From contig NW_021833114.1 in assembly GCF_006345805.1 (NCBI RefSeq), positions 17,235-81,234 on the forward strand: a stretch of DNA of 64,000 bases. Direction: 5' to 3'. Below are positions 36,601 through 48,480 of the stretch, piece after piece. A program made the translations under genes and the position numbers. A model generated the notes under the pieces. It was not told the origin of the DNA and ran no database searches. It saw only the letters and a program-made list of their open reading frames with translations. Position 1 is the stretch's first letter, and each line of letters begins with the position of its first letter. This stretch comes from Octopus sinensis (lineage: Eukaryota).

Positions 36601-37715
36601 GTCTTTCTACAGATAAACCAGGTTAAACACTTTGTCGATCGTCGTCGAATTAAGTGAAAACCAAAATATTTGTCCCATACTGGTCGAGCAGATTAAGGAT
36701 TCTTCTGCAGAACTAATTGCCAAGGAATGAAATGTCTGGTTGGAGAGACGACTTTCTGCGTTGAATTCGTCAAATTCAACCTGAAAATGATTGAAAACAG
36801 AACCTCTATTTTTTTACTAAAAGTGTATTCCTTTCCCTTTTCATAGTTAAGAACCAGGGAAGTTCCATAGCCAAAAAAGATTCCCTTTGAGTAGGCGCAG
36901 ATTGATGTCACTGGAAAGGTCACTCTACTGCTAGAATATTAGTAGAAAACGCTGAAGTATCGTAGGGAACCAATTCACCCTGCATTTCGCCCGATTCCAC
37001 AAAAATGAGTTTTCCCTCTAACGTCCCGGCTATTATCTTGTCTTCAGAAATCCACGTGTGACAAGTGTAATTTAGAGAGTCGAGTTTATGTGAACTAAAG
37101 ATTTGTAGTATTCCTTCGGTGTAGTGGAAGAATTTAAACATGTTTATTCCACTGACACATATTTGAGTGTTGTCTTCAGGATTGAATGATATCTATAATG
37201 AAATAAAATCTGTATCAACCTGGGATATCTCCGCAGTAATCTTTGACAAAATTGGTTTGGTGATGGATAGAACTTTTGCTTTTTCCCAAAGCCAATACAG
37301 AATTGTCCAATCGGGACCACTTCCAACCACCGCCAAATACTTTGAGTCAGAAGAGAAGGCCATGCAGACGACAGGAACAGATATCAATTCTGCACTCGTC
37401 AAAACTTTTTTGCGTCGAAGAAGAACTAGGTCGTAAATGCAAATGCTTGTTCTATCCAAATTCTCTGCTACAGCTACATATCTAATCTCATTTGACTGGG
37501 AAATACCGCTTATTTGGACTAAATGCCACAGCTGTCATTCCCTTAGAATTCTCACAGCATTGAATTATTTTTTGTTCTCTTGTATCTTTATTATGTAAAA
37601 CGATGTTGTTTCCGGCTGGAAAGACTAAAGTCTGTTCGTCTGTGAATGATATGTTGTTTTTTAAAGCAAAGTTGATTCCGTAAATATGATGAGGCTTAGC
37701 AGACTCGAGTGACAT
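33647..37715 (-). CDS. CFAP57: Cilia- and flagella-associated protein 57 (WDR65), many short introns
   Basis: N-term [28 protein letters not shown]...AFSPNKR|YVAVAE, WD40 repeats ([14 protein letters not shown]), coiled coil, C-term [17 protein letters not shown]. Confidence 0.92.
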
Positions 37716-38499
37716 TTTGAGAACTGTTTCCTTGGAAGTATTTAATTGATTATTAATAATGAAACAAAAATATTTTAGAGTCAAAATAAAATTCTCTTTA
37801 CAAATTCCTATTCCAAGAGATCAAAATTATTATTCATCGAGGCAGACATCCAAAAAATGGCTTTATTGGGATTATATATTTTATCAAAAAGAAAGCGAAC
37901 TCTGTTGAAACCCAAACTCACAATTTGATACAAAAGTTACAGTTTGGAACTAAACGATACTATAAATGAGATTTTGGTTTTTTTGTTTGGCTCATATGCA
38001 CAGGATTTATAATTTTACTAAATTTACGAAAACTTTCTTTTGACAGTTTTTTAAAATTAATTTTAGAAAGTATTTCTTTTGCAAAATAATTTTGACCTTA
38101 AAATGTACTAGTCAATTGACATCAGTTGTACAAATTGAGACATTATTTGAAGATAAACCATTCGTTTTATTATTTTATTGTTTATGAGTTGGTTGTTTTC
38201 TTAAAGATAGACGGGTTTTATAAAAAGCTAAAAATAATTTAAAATCCTTTTATCTACACAATTCAATTCTTATTTTTTACGGTCGGCAAAATTTCCAAAG
38301 TAACAACATATTCCAAAAAATTTTTTCAAAAAATCATGATCGAAAATATTTTAATCAACTTCTATCATGAGTATTTCGCCAGAAACCTTATCTTGTACTA
38401 AAATGTCTAGCTTATTTTTATCAAAAGTCAAGTCGGAATCAATAGCAACTTGATCCAGTGTTAAAAATTGGCAAAATTATCTTCTTGAATACATCCAAA

Positions 38500-38780
38500 A
38501 GTCTTTTCACAATTTCCGATGCACACGGTTGAATAAAAGTCTCCGTAATAGTACGCGGCTTCTTCGGTTTTGCAATTTCATATGCTATTTGGATTGAAAG
38601 TAGCGGTTTGTCAATGGAGGTAAATCCATGCTTCGGGGGCGTTGCTTTAATATCGTATCGGACCCTTTTAGCCTTCAAACGTTAGACAGTCATTTCTTGA
38701 ACGTTTTATTATCCCTGCATAGACATAAAATCTTTGTTTAGCTTTGATGGTTTCAAATTAGAATTAGAAAAAATTAAATT
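38500..38780 (-). mobile_element. hAT (Buster/ZBED8-like) transposase fragment
   Basis: NLKPSKL...LKAKRVRYD...GFTSIDKPLL..IAYEIAKPKKPRTITETFIQPCA. Confidence 0.75.
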
Positions 38781-39514
38781 ATTAAAATCATTCCTGGCAC
38801 CTCATAAAAATTTTTCGCTCCCTAAATCGGGAAGAACTTCTTTACAATGAGAACAGACCTTAGATTGATTCCAGAAAGAGTTTTGATCGTACATATAAGT
38901 AAATAATCGGGTCAAAAGAAGTCATTTCCATATCTTAGGCAAGTCATTGACGACTTGACGTCAACATGCGGATTATCCTAGGCTTTGAAGATATCAGACT
39001 CTTTTTGTACTATGATCAACCCTTTCACATTAGCTTGGGTAGCACATGGTCCCAAGGTGGGTATCAAGTGATTTTTCAACAGCAAGGATGACGTCGTATA
39101 TGTGAAGAGATAGTATCAGCTAATCCAATAATATTGGCTGATATTGAATTAGTGATTTTTGATATAAATAATGTCACAGGCCGGAAGCGTTACGGCGCCG
39201 GAAGCGTTACACATTTCAATATTCAATAAATAAGTTAATATTAAATATTTAGTAGTAAACAAGGTATTTTAAATTTAAAAATATACTTTTTACTCTTTCG
39301 ACGTCAACTATTTGTAAATCACTCCGAGGCAGAAAACCAACCAGACATAATTATCAGAACGGCGTCGCTACGTAAGTACAATGTATTCAATAATTGGCTA
39401 GCCATTTAACACTATTAATAATTTGTTAAATTAATTAAAGATTTAAAAATCAACAAAAATTATATTTATTACGCACTTTACAAAAGTTAAGTATTTGTAG
39501 GGTGCATTCCGATT

Positions 39515-40616
39515 TTAATTAGTCGGTAGATGTGAATTCCCTCCATTTTTTTCTCCCCTTTCACTTTCTAGCGTACATATGTCGCCTTCCCTCTCGATGA
39601 TCGTGTACTTTTCCATGTGTAATCCGTCATATAATGGATATTGCCTTACATTCGCATCATTTTCTTGTCTACATAAATTACATGTTTAAATATTGTAACC
39701 TAATTATTACCTCCTCTCCTATGCATAAAGGTTCTTCGTCGTACTTCCATCTTCGTCTCTGTGCCATTTTTTCCACAGCTTGTAAAATATTTGAGTATGC
39801 TTCTTGTCTTGAATTCGTTAGATCATCAAATTCTTCAGTGACACAGTAGAGTTGTTCTAATTCTTCATCACTCGTTCTTACTGGAAATTGCATTCCCATA
39901 AAGATGTAGAATGGGATATTCCGTGTAGTAGAATGAACAGTATTGTTGTAGTCAAATATGATGTCTTTGACTTTTTGAAATAGAGATGTAATTTCAGCGG
40001 AGCTTTTTGAATAAGCTAACTCGACCATGGCATATTTCGAAAAAGAATCAACAATAACAAGAATCTAATCGTTTAAGAGAAGGCAAATACCCAATTAAAT
40101 GAGTCATTAATTTCCGAATATCTTCGGAGATCGACCAGATCGGCGATATACCGGTCTCTACTTCTTGCAATTATCGGCGTAATAGGTGGCTTTGTTGCTA
40201 ATGCCTTTTTAGACTAAAAATATAGGAAAAATCGTTACCTGACAAGGGACACATTGGGAAATGACTTGATTTATTTCGTTTCTTATAATTCCATAGTAGC
40301 GTGATCTGAGCTTAGAAAATAAGCGATCTTTACCAAAGTGATTAATATTGTGTTCAACCTATTGATATTGTATTCAAATACATACATCAACAAATTTGCG
40401 TCTCAATTCAGTTTCATCCGTACAAAAAAAACGTAATTTTAGATTATTGTGGCAAATGAATGGCGTTTCGCCTTCAAAAACAAATGACATAGCCAATTTT
40501 GCTAGCCTAAATCTTTTCATCTTAGACGATGAATCCTCCGAAAGAAGATCACAGAGGTTTTCTTGAAATTCTTTGATTTTCTGTAGGGATTCTTTTGTTA
40601 TTTGCACTAAACGCAT
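39515..40616 (-). CDS. Ginger integrase, spliced (4 introns), catalytic core partly deleted
   Basis: Introns 40359-40385, 40214-40238, 40065-40090, 39669-39699 join MRLVQ...KFVD|VEHNINHFGKDRL...CVPCQ|SKK...RYIADLVDLRRY...FNW|ILVIVDSFSKY... into a 330-aa frame. Confidence 0.75.
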
Positions 40617-40765
40617 TATACACACTTAATAAAATGATTAAAATTTATTCATAATTTATTAATATTTATAGATATTTGTTCTTTTCAAATGAAATTATTA
40701 TTGTTTTACGTATTTTTAATTTTTTTTGTTTACATGCGTAACGCTTTAATTTTTTTTGTTTACAT

Positions 40766-42692
40766 ACACTCTGATCTCCCTGCCCTCATCAAAGAACAAA
40801 AGGAGCTAAGACTACAACTGGAAAACACATCTGATCCGAAGAAGAAACAAATCTTACAGAATAGACGTTCATCTACCCAGAAAAAAATCAAAATGTTGAA
40901 CAAGACAAACTTCACTAACAAACTCGACTTAATAGCTGCAGGAATTGAACAGCTAAAGGACTCTTCAAAAATGTTTACGGCAATCCGCCTACTCAACAGG
41001 AAAAAACAAACTAACAAACTCAAAATCCATGACAGCAATGGAAGATTCATCACAAATCCCAAAGAGCAGGCTGAATATATAGCCTCGTATTTCGAGAGTA
41101 TATTAACCGCTCACGGAGAAATATCCGATTACACCAGCGGATACACCACTCATCTCAGCCTACCTATCACCACCGGTGAAGTATCAACTGCAATAGCCAA
41201 ACTTAAAAATGGCCGCTCCTCTGGACCGGATGGAATAAATTCAGAACTGTTTAAATACGGACCGCCTGCACTAACAGACAAACTGGCGGAGCTACTCAAT
41301 GTATGTTTATGAAAAAGGAATTCCTCGGTCTTGATTCCGGATTATTAATACCGATCCAAAAGCCTAACAAGCAGGCTGGGCCTGTCGAAAATCTACGCCC
41401 TATAATCTTGCTAAACACCTTACGGAAACTTTTGGGATTAGTTACACTGAACCGAATAAGAGAACAAGTGGACAACTATCTATCCCCGAGTCATAGTGGA
41501 TTTAGGACAGGAAGATCCACCGCCGATGCTGTCTGGGCCCACAAGTGGTACTGCGCTATCACCCAGAGATACAAAAGTGCAACAACAGTCCTGGGAATAG
41601 ACCTGTCTAGGGCCTTTGACACGGTACGCCGTGGTCTACTCCTCAAAATACTGGAACAATTCCTGGACCCTGACTCTGTCAATATGATAAGAGTACTACT
41701 ATCGAACACAAAGCTCAAGGTGCGGGTCGGCACGGCGTTTTCCCGTGAATTCACGTGCAACGTCGGTACCCCTCAGGGAGACGCCCTCTCGCCGTTGCTA
41801 TTCGTGATCTATCTGGAGACGGCACTACGAGACCTTCGAAAATTCTATGCTGGCAATATCGTCGAAATTGTATATGCAGATGACGTCGACTTCGTGTCAG
41901 ACGACAAATCGGCCTTACTTCGACTCCTTGAAGTGGCACCTGCTGAGCTGAACAGATGGTTCCTTAAAATGAACGTTGGAAAAACCGACATCGTTGAAAT
42001 CATGAGGATGGAGAGCAGCTCAAGTGAAGCCTGGCGCAAAACGAACAAACTCGGTTCTCTACTTGGGGACGGCCATGATATTGTCAGAAGAAAGGCTCTC
42101 GCTTGGGCCACGATGAACAAGATAAAGAAAGAGTGGATCGGCAAACGACGACTCTGTACGTCACTTCGTCTGAGGATGTATGAAGCCTTTGTCAAACCAA
42201 TCCTGACATATAATTCGGCGACCTGGGGAATGTCTAGTACTGAACAACGTGGACTCGATTCTTTTCACCGCAGGCAACTTAGATCCCTACTGGGATTGAA
42301 CTGGCCTATAAGAATCAACCAGGAATCGCTATACAATAGATGCAGAACTGGCCCTCTGAGTGTGGAAATCGTCAATATGCGGTGGAGGTTATTTGGCCAT
42401 ATTCTACGAATGGACATGCTTGCCCCAGCTAACATAGCAATGGAGGGCTACTTCCTGAAAGAGGGATCGAGCTTCCGTGGACGTCCACGTGTTACGCTGC
42501 CGGAAACACTTGACGGAGACCTGAAATGTGTGAAGAAAAGGCTAAGGAGTGGTGAGGATCTGGACGAGCTGAGGAAACTCGCTCACGACAGAGGAGGTTG
42601 GAGGAGGCTGGTTCAAAGGATTGTTTTTAATGCTGCACGAGTAAAATTATAACTAATATGATTCTACGTATGTTGCAAATAATAATAATAAT
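40766..42692 (+). mobile_element. RTE-clade LINE, 5'-truncated, one frameshift, inserted in the Ginger TIR
   Basis: GRSSGPDGI, LRPIILL, SGFRTGRST, DLSRAFD, GTPQGDALSP, YADD, WRLFGHILR; (AAT)5 tail; gcgtaacgct duplicated at 40736-40745 and 42693-42702. Confidence 0.92.
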
Positions 42693-43249
42693 GCGTAACG
42701 CTTCCGGCGCCGTAACGCTTCCGGACTGCGACAAAGCATTATACACACTTAATAAAATGATTAAAATTTATTCATAATTTATTAATATTTATAGATATTT
42801 GTTCTTTTCAAATGAAATTATTATTGTTTTACGTATTTTTAATTTTTTTTGTTTACATGCGTAACGCTTCCGGCGCCGTAACGCTTCCGGACTGCGACAA
42901 ATAATGCTAACATTTTCAAACCTTCAAGTCACGAACTTTATGTTATCAACATTTTAAATATGCAAGAGTTGATTTACATAAAGTACATTTCGTGAGGACA
43001 ATTAAGAATTATCTTTTGGTTATTTTAAACACAATATCTATCTAACGAACTCTTCAAATATTTTCGTATAGTTCTTTATGATTGATCCTGAACGATAAAT
43101 ATAAAATCTTTCACATCTAACGATTCAAATTTTCAAATTTATTAGTTTAAAATTTATCTAAATCGTGTATTGATAAAGTCATTTAGTATTTATTGATATA
43201 ATCGTGTTTGTTTGAGCGGATAATCTATTGTGTGAAGTTATAACTCAAA

Positions 43250-43615
43250 ATGACTTTTTTAAATAAAAAACCAGAAATTGATTCCGAAACAGATACATGG
43301 AGGCGTAACCTACTAGAGTCTAAAAAACTTTTCATTTTTTCCAGTAAATCAAAGACTCCACAAAAAGAAAATTGCAAAACTAAAAATAATTATTTGACAA
43401 GTAAACTTCAAAATATGGAAACAAAAATCTTGGAAAAAAATAAACTAATTGAATCAGTCAACTCGTCAAAGCTAGAAAAAAAACATTCTCCAATAATCGA
43501 GTCAATATTGTTTAACCAAGAATTTCGAACGATGCCTCGATTGGCCAAAGTGGAACCTGTTTTGCGAATAAATAGATTTTTTGAAAAGAAAAAAATATGG
43601 AAACCAAGAAAATAA
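43250..43615 (+). CDS. Hypothetical protein (121 aa, single exon)
   Basis: ATG-initiated open frame in very AT-rich flanks; no recognisable domain. Confidence 0.4.
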   Translation: MTFLNKKPEIDSETDTWRRNLLESKKLFIFSSKSKTPQKENCKTKNNYLTSKLQNMETKILEKNKLIESVNSSKLEKKHSPIIESILFNQEFRTMPRLAKVEPVLRINRFFEKKKIWKPRK

Positions 43616-43949
43616 AAAATGCAATAATATTTGTCTAATGAACTTTTATATTTGACAAATAACTTGTAATTAATTTAGATAATCTATAAACGTCAAAAAT
43701 AACACAATAATTATAAATTCGATATTTTCAACACTTATATAGAACGGAAATACCTGTTACTTTCAAAAATAAACTAAAAATTTTAATTCTAATCTATTTA
43801 AAATGTAATGCAGAATGTCAAATCGAAACAGACTGACATAACATTCACGTTTCGTACTGAGTTGTAAAGTCGGAGTTAATTCTCTGACAGTACACTCCAC
43901 ATTTTTTAACAGACCAAAATGATTTTAAATTTAATGTAAATTGGTCCTT

Positions 43950-44390
43950 TATTGCTCTTTAAAGAATATCCTGAAAATTTTCAAACAATGGACTGAATGT
44001 TTTCATAGAGATGTAAATTTTTCAATAAAAGGCATGATAATTCCTTTTACATTTATTAGATTAATATTGTTTCTTTGCAAGCTTATAACTAAGGGGTATT
44101 TCATGTCTCCACAAATATTGTTCGACAGTTTTAAAAATTGTTAACCCTCTTGTGTCGAGTTCAAGGTGTTCAAACTATAAGAATTCTTCTTGAAATAGAT
44201 CATTTTGATTAATAAAACGTATGTAAATTAATAAAAGTGCAACACTATCGGTAAATGTCGATTCATCAATTTGAATTTAATATTTTGTTGTTCTTAAGAA
44301 TGCACATAAAGTTTCTTCGATATCAGATGCCATTCCATCAATTCTGGAAGAGACTGAAATATTACTCAAAGGAATTGATGAAATTATTTA
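43950..44390 (-). mobile_element. hAT (Buster/ZBED8-like) transposase fragment
   Basis: IPLSNISVSSRIDGMASDIEETLCAFL...IQIDEST...LLIYIRFI...DTRG. Confidence 0.8.
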
Positions 44391-45230
44391 TTCAGAATCG
44401 CAATCAACCATTAAATTTAGAAATTTTTTGTTTAGGTAAACACCAGACAATTTGAATTTTGAATTCATAGAAAAGCACGTGATAATAATTTACAAAAACT
44501 AATACAAATATTTATAATAAAGAAAAATAAAATTCCAGCATCCCGTTAAAAATCACTGCGCTAGACTAATTCCTGAAGCAAACAGCAGGAAAAAACTTAA
44601 TAGAAAATGTAATTTTATGCTTAAGGAAAATATATTTCTATTCGACCGATATACAAATGATAAAAAGTGCATATAAGTTTGAGACACATAAAACAAATAC
44701 GATAATTTAAACTATTTCACACCGCTTTCCTTCTCTATAAATATCAAAAATTTTTTAATCAAAACCATTTTTCAATTTTGTATGGATTATGTTTTTCAAA
44801 AGATATTTTATTGTCTTTTAAATATTTAGTTATTCTGAAACTTATTTTTCACTGTAAATTTTATTTTTTAGATTAGAATAAGATCAATTTTTGATATTGT
44901 TGAATGGTCAAGAATTTGAATAAAAACCTTCAAACTAAAACAGACCATTTTGAAAATCGTAAATTGACCTTGTAAGTATATACACGAGATTTTTAATTAA
45001 TTTACATAATAAAGAACCGACAAATTAACACAATGTTCATAAAATAAGAAAATATTCAGGTGGAAAATTAATTCAATAGAGATAATATGGCGAAACCAAT
45101 TATTTATACGGAAACCAGGCATTGGGTAAAGTAACTCCTGACGAGGTCGAGTTTTTCGCCAATTGTATGATTGTAATATCTGGGTTCAGAGGGATTTTAG
45201 TAGATGTCCTTGGAAAAGAATCCTACAGGC

Positions 45231-46233
45231 TCATAGAGATAAAGTTAATACACGAAAAGAACTATGAAAACGAAACGATCCGTTGCGAATAAAAGAAACA
45301 TCACAGAGAGAAATAGATCTTACAAGTGATGTAATTGCACGCTTTTTTCTATCTCGAATACTCACTCCTGACAGAGTCTCATCAAAAGACCGAGATCGTG
45401 GCTTCGGATCAAAACTTTTGCATAGTGAGGTGACCTTGAAATTAGTTGAGAAAATCTCTGATTCAAAATATTTAGGAATGTCTTCTAATGATATAAGATT
45501 TTCAATATTACTATGAACTTTGGACTGATCATCAGAAGTTGGAGAACTGTTGTAATGAGTGTGAGATGATTCCATAGTCTCTGAATAGAGAATATCATTC
45601 TCATCGAGTTCAATTGGGAGATAGTAATGGAATTTTGTCACAAACTCATAAACATGTCTGTGTCTAGCCATGCTGATATAATGCTCACAGTCTGGTATCT
45701 AAACAGAATACAACTACAATAACAACGTCAAATGTCGTGGATGATATATTTCTCGATACTTTGTCATCGTCCTCATTCACTGAATGGAGAAAACTATGAG
45801 ACTTTCCCTGTTTTCTGTGGAGACTAAGATTTCCTCCCATTATATTCATGGAACCGTCATCAAGCAGCCACCTATGCTTCACGATGCGTATTTGGATAAT
45901 TGAATACTCTTAACAACGCCATACGCACTTTATCACTCCTATTCTTTCATGTGATTATATTGCTGATAGTAATGACAGTAATCAATAAATGGGTGGCAAT
46001 CGATTTAGACCAGTGTTAGCAGGTGCTTCCACGTCCTATAACTGTTTTCTGTTATTATTTAATTTATTTAAAATCAGAATTAAAGGAATCGAATTATCTT
46101 CGAGACAGGTTATTGTGTCGATAGAATTCTGTGAAGGAGACAATGCAATTAATAATCCATTAAAATAGCAGTATTCAATAGTAATTAAATTAATGAGTGC
46201 CATTTGAGTAGCTGTGTCTATCACGGCTGTCAT
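45231..46233 (-). CDS. Probable intron-containing hypothetical gene (structure only partly resolved)
   Basis: Three ORF blocks; 28-31 nt GT-AG segments link the last two; the 5' part could not be resolved; no confident domain. Confidence 0.35.
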
Positions 46234-46410
46234 TTTATTTTACAATTTATGTGAGTACGTGACTCATTCATTATGGGTAACAGTGCCCATAAACTTACTT
46301 TTAGCATTAAATTTAGTCAATAAATCATTAAATTTACTCCATCAGGTCAAATCCGCTGGCCAAAACATCGTTTGCTTGATATGAACAGCTAATATTTATT
46401 ACAAATATTA

Positions 46411-47181
46411 TGTCACATGCCCCACGCGTTACCATGCCCCACGCGTTACCATTGCTCTAAATTTCTAAAATTTCAATTAAAAATATTTAGACGATTGAAA
46501 TATATTTACTTATTAATTTAAAAATTAATAATATTATGGATTTTTATTTTTTCAATGCTTAACCATTAAAATTAAAAAACAATAAATTAAGCATGCTGTT
46601 TATTGTCGGGGTTAGGGCTAAGGTAAAGATTAGGGTTAGGGTAAAGGTTAGGGTAAAGGTTGGGGTTAGGGTTAGGGTAAAGGTTAGGGTAAAGGTTGGG
46701 GTTAGGGTTAGGGTAAAGGTTAGGGCAAAGGTTGGGGTTAGGGTTTGAAAAAATTTGAAAGTGCTTGTTGTGATACTGTCACGATCAAATCAATCTTTCT
46801 TATAACCGCGTTAATGTAGAATTTTCGAATGGAGATACAAAGATAGTTTACATGAAAAGAATCAAATAAAGGACAAAATAATTAATTTTAATTTTATAAA
46901 CTATCAAATTATGTTGCTTTAAGCTTTTCACACAATTCACATCATTTAAAATATGTTTTAATGTCCGTAGCAGTCATAATGTTTTGTTGTATTAAAAATA
47001 TTATTTAATTTATTTATTTTAAAGCATCTTTTAGTATATCATTAAATTATACTCTAATTAACTTTATATATAATTTGAATTTTATTGCATTATGATTGAT
47101 TTTTTAATTTTTCTTAAAAATTAAAAATCATATTTCTCAGAGGTAACGAGTGGGGCATAGTAATCGCTGAGGCATGTGACA
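46411..47181. mobile_element. Ginger-like MITE
   Basis: Imperfect ~39-bp TIRs tgtcacatgccccacgcgttac... / ...gcatgtgaca; 5-bp TSD tatta (46406-46410 and 47182-47186). Confidence 0.85.
46608..46745 (+). repeat. Interstitial telomere-like array inside the MITE
   Basis: Three 36-bp units (TTAGGG)(TTAGGG)(TAAAGG)(TTAGGG)(TAAAGG)(TTGGGG) at 46630-46737 (one T>C variant). Confidence 0.95.
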
Positions 47182-47187
47182 TATTAG

Positions 47188-48480
47188 CATCAGGTCAAAT
47201 CCACTGTGCGACGTGGTGCGACTTATCTAATCCTATGTCTTCCTGCAGCGAGTACAGACTTACGTGTCCCCGGAAAAAGGGAAGGTATTGTTCTTCGTGC
47301 CAACTCTACTTCCACCTCTCCTGTGTCGGCTTATCGAAGATCAGCTCGGCAAGCATCCCAAACTGGAAATGTTTTCGCTGCTCTTACTCCGCTGTATATC
47401 GAGTCTCTTCCCAAAATATCTAAGGACCGATCTTGTTCCGAGGCTCGTGAATTTCTTGTACTTTTGTCTCGTTTCCGGAAATCGAAGTCTATCCCGTCAC
47501 GCATTCCTAAATCGGCCAGGATTCAAGTGGCTAATCCCTAGCTCTAGTTATTGAGCCGGCTCTGGCCTCGAATTCGTGGTGCGATTGGTGCAAGTTTCTT
47601 TCATTTGTCCCCATCTGTCTGGGCAGCCCTTTAAACGGCCCTCTTCGTGGTGACCGCTTGTCCGTCTCGCAGCAAATTAAAACAAACTGCGAGTTTTTCA
47701 ACAATTCAGAATTTGATATCAGCTATTTTTCCCTTCATGCTGCTGAAAGGCTCCCTCGTCCAATTCAGAGCACTCAGGACATTACTCGAATGGTCCGCAG
47801 CAAGCTTATGCAAGGCGACGTTCGCAGTGCAGTACGTGTCAATTCCTCGAACACTACAATTGCCGCCCCTTCTGATAAAGTCCTCGACCAATTGCGCTCT
47901 AAACACCCCGGTGCCTCGGATGATTTATCTGAAATCCCAGATCTGATTACTGATTCCCATTATGTATATCCCGTCTCTTCGACAGAAGTAACTGCCGCCC
48001 TCAGTTCTTTTCCATTCAGTAGCAGTGGGGGTATCGATGGCTTGAAACCGATTCATATAAAAGATCTGATTTCCCCTCTAACTGCTGAGGGTGGAAGACG
48101 CTTATTGTTGGCCATCACTTCCCTCTGCTCAAGAATCATCTCTGGTACGATCATCCCTTTCGCTAGGGATGTACTTTTTTCCGCAAATCTGACTGCTCTT
48201 AACAAAAGTGATGGTGGTATACGGCCTATCGCTGTTGGCAACATCTTCAGACGCCTTGCTGCTAAAATTATTTGCCAATCAGTGGTTCCGGAAGCAAGTG
48301 CTAACCTTCTCTGAAGTCTCGAGGAAAAGTCACGAGAGACGTGAGTCTAGCTGGCTTTTTCAGCGCATTTCGCTCGCGATATTGCGTGGAAACTGCCTAT
48401 CTATTCGCGCGTCCTCTCACTCAAAGAATTAACATCATAAATTCACTTAACACCTAAATTTGAAAAATAATAAAAATATC
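47188..48480 (+). mobile_element. CRE-clade LINE with N-terminal PHD finger and large internal deletion
   Basis: CSSCQLYFHLSCVGL...WKCFRC; RIPKSAR; KLMQGDVRSAVR, SSGGIDGL, GGIRPIAVGNIFRRL; jumps directly to terminal WLFQRISLAILRGN. Confidence 0.85.

Larger units (their letters stand above)
39172..42899 (-). mobile_element. Ginger/TDD-type integrase DNA transposon with nested RTE and duplicated 5' end
   Basis: 39-bp TIRs tgtcacaggccggaagcgttacggcgccggaagcgttac / tgtcgcagtccggaagcgttac... (2 mismatches); 5-bp TSD aataa (39167-39171 and 42900-42904). Confidence 0.88.

Noticed and set aside
38820-39110. Possible Gypsy RT/RNase H remnant
   Set aside because: Only weak motif resemblance with many stops; not supportable.
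41301-41317. 17-nt GT-AG segment that would repair the RTE frameshift
   Set aside because: Shorter than any host intron seen (23 nt or more), and a 1-bp loss in a T-run explains the frameshift more simply.
46608-46745. True chromosome end
   Set aside because: The array is short, variant-rich and enclosed by MITE TIRs with a TSD, with ordinary sequence on both sides.
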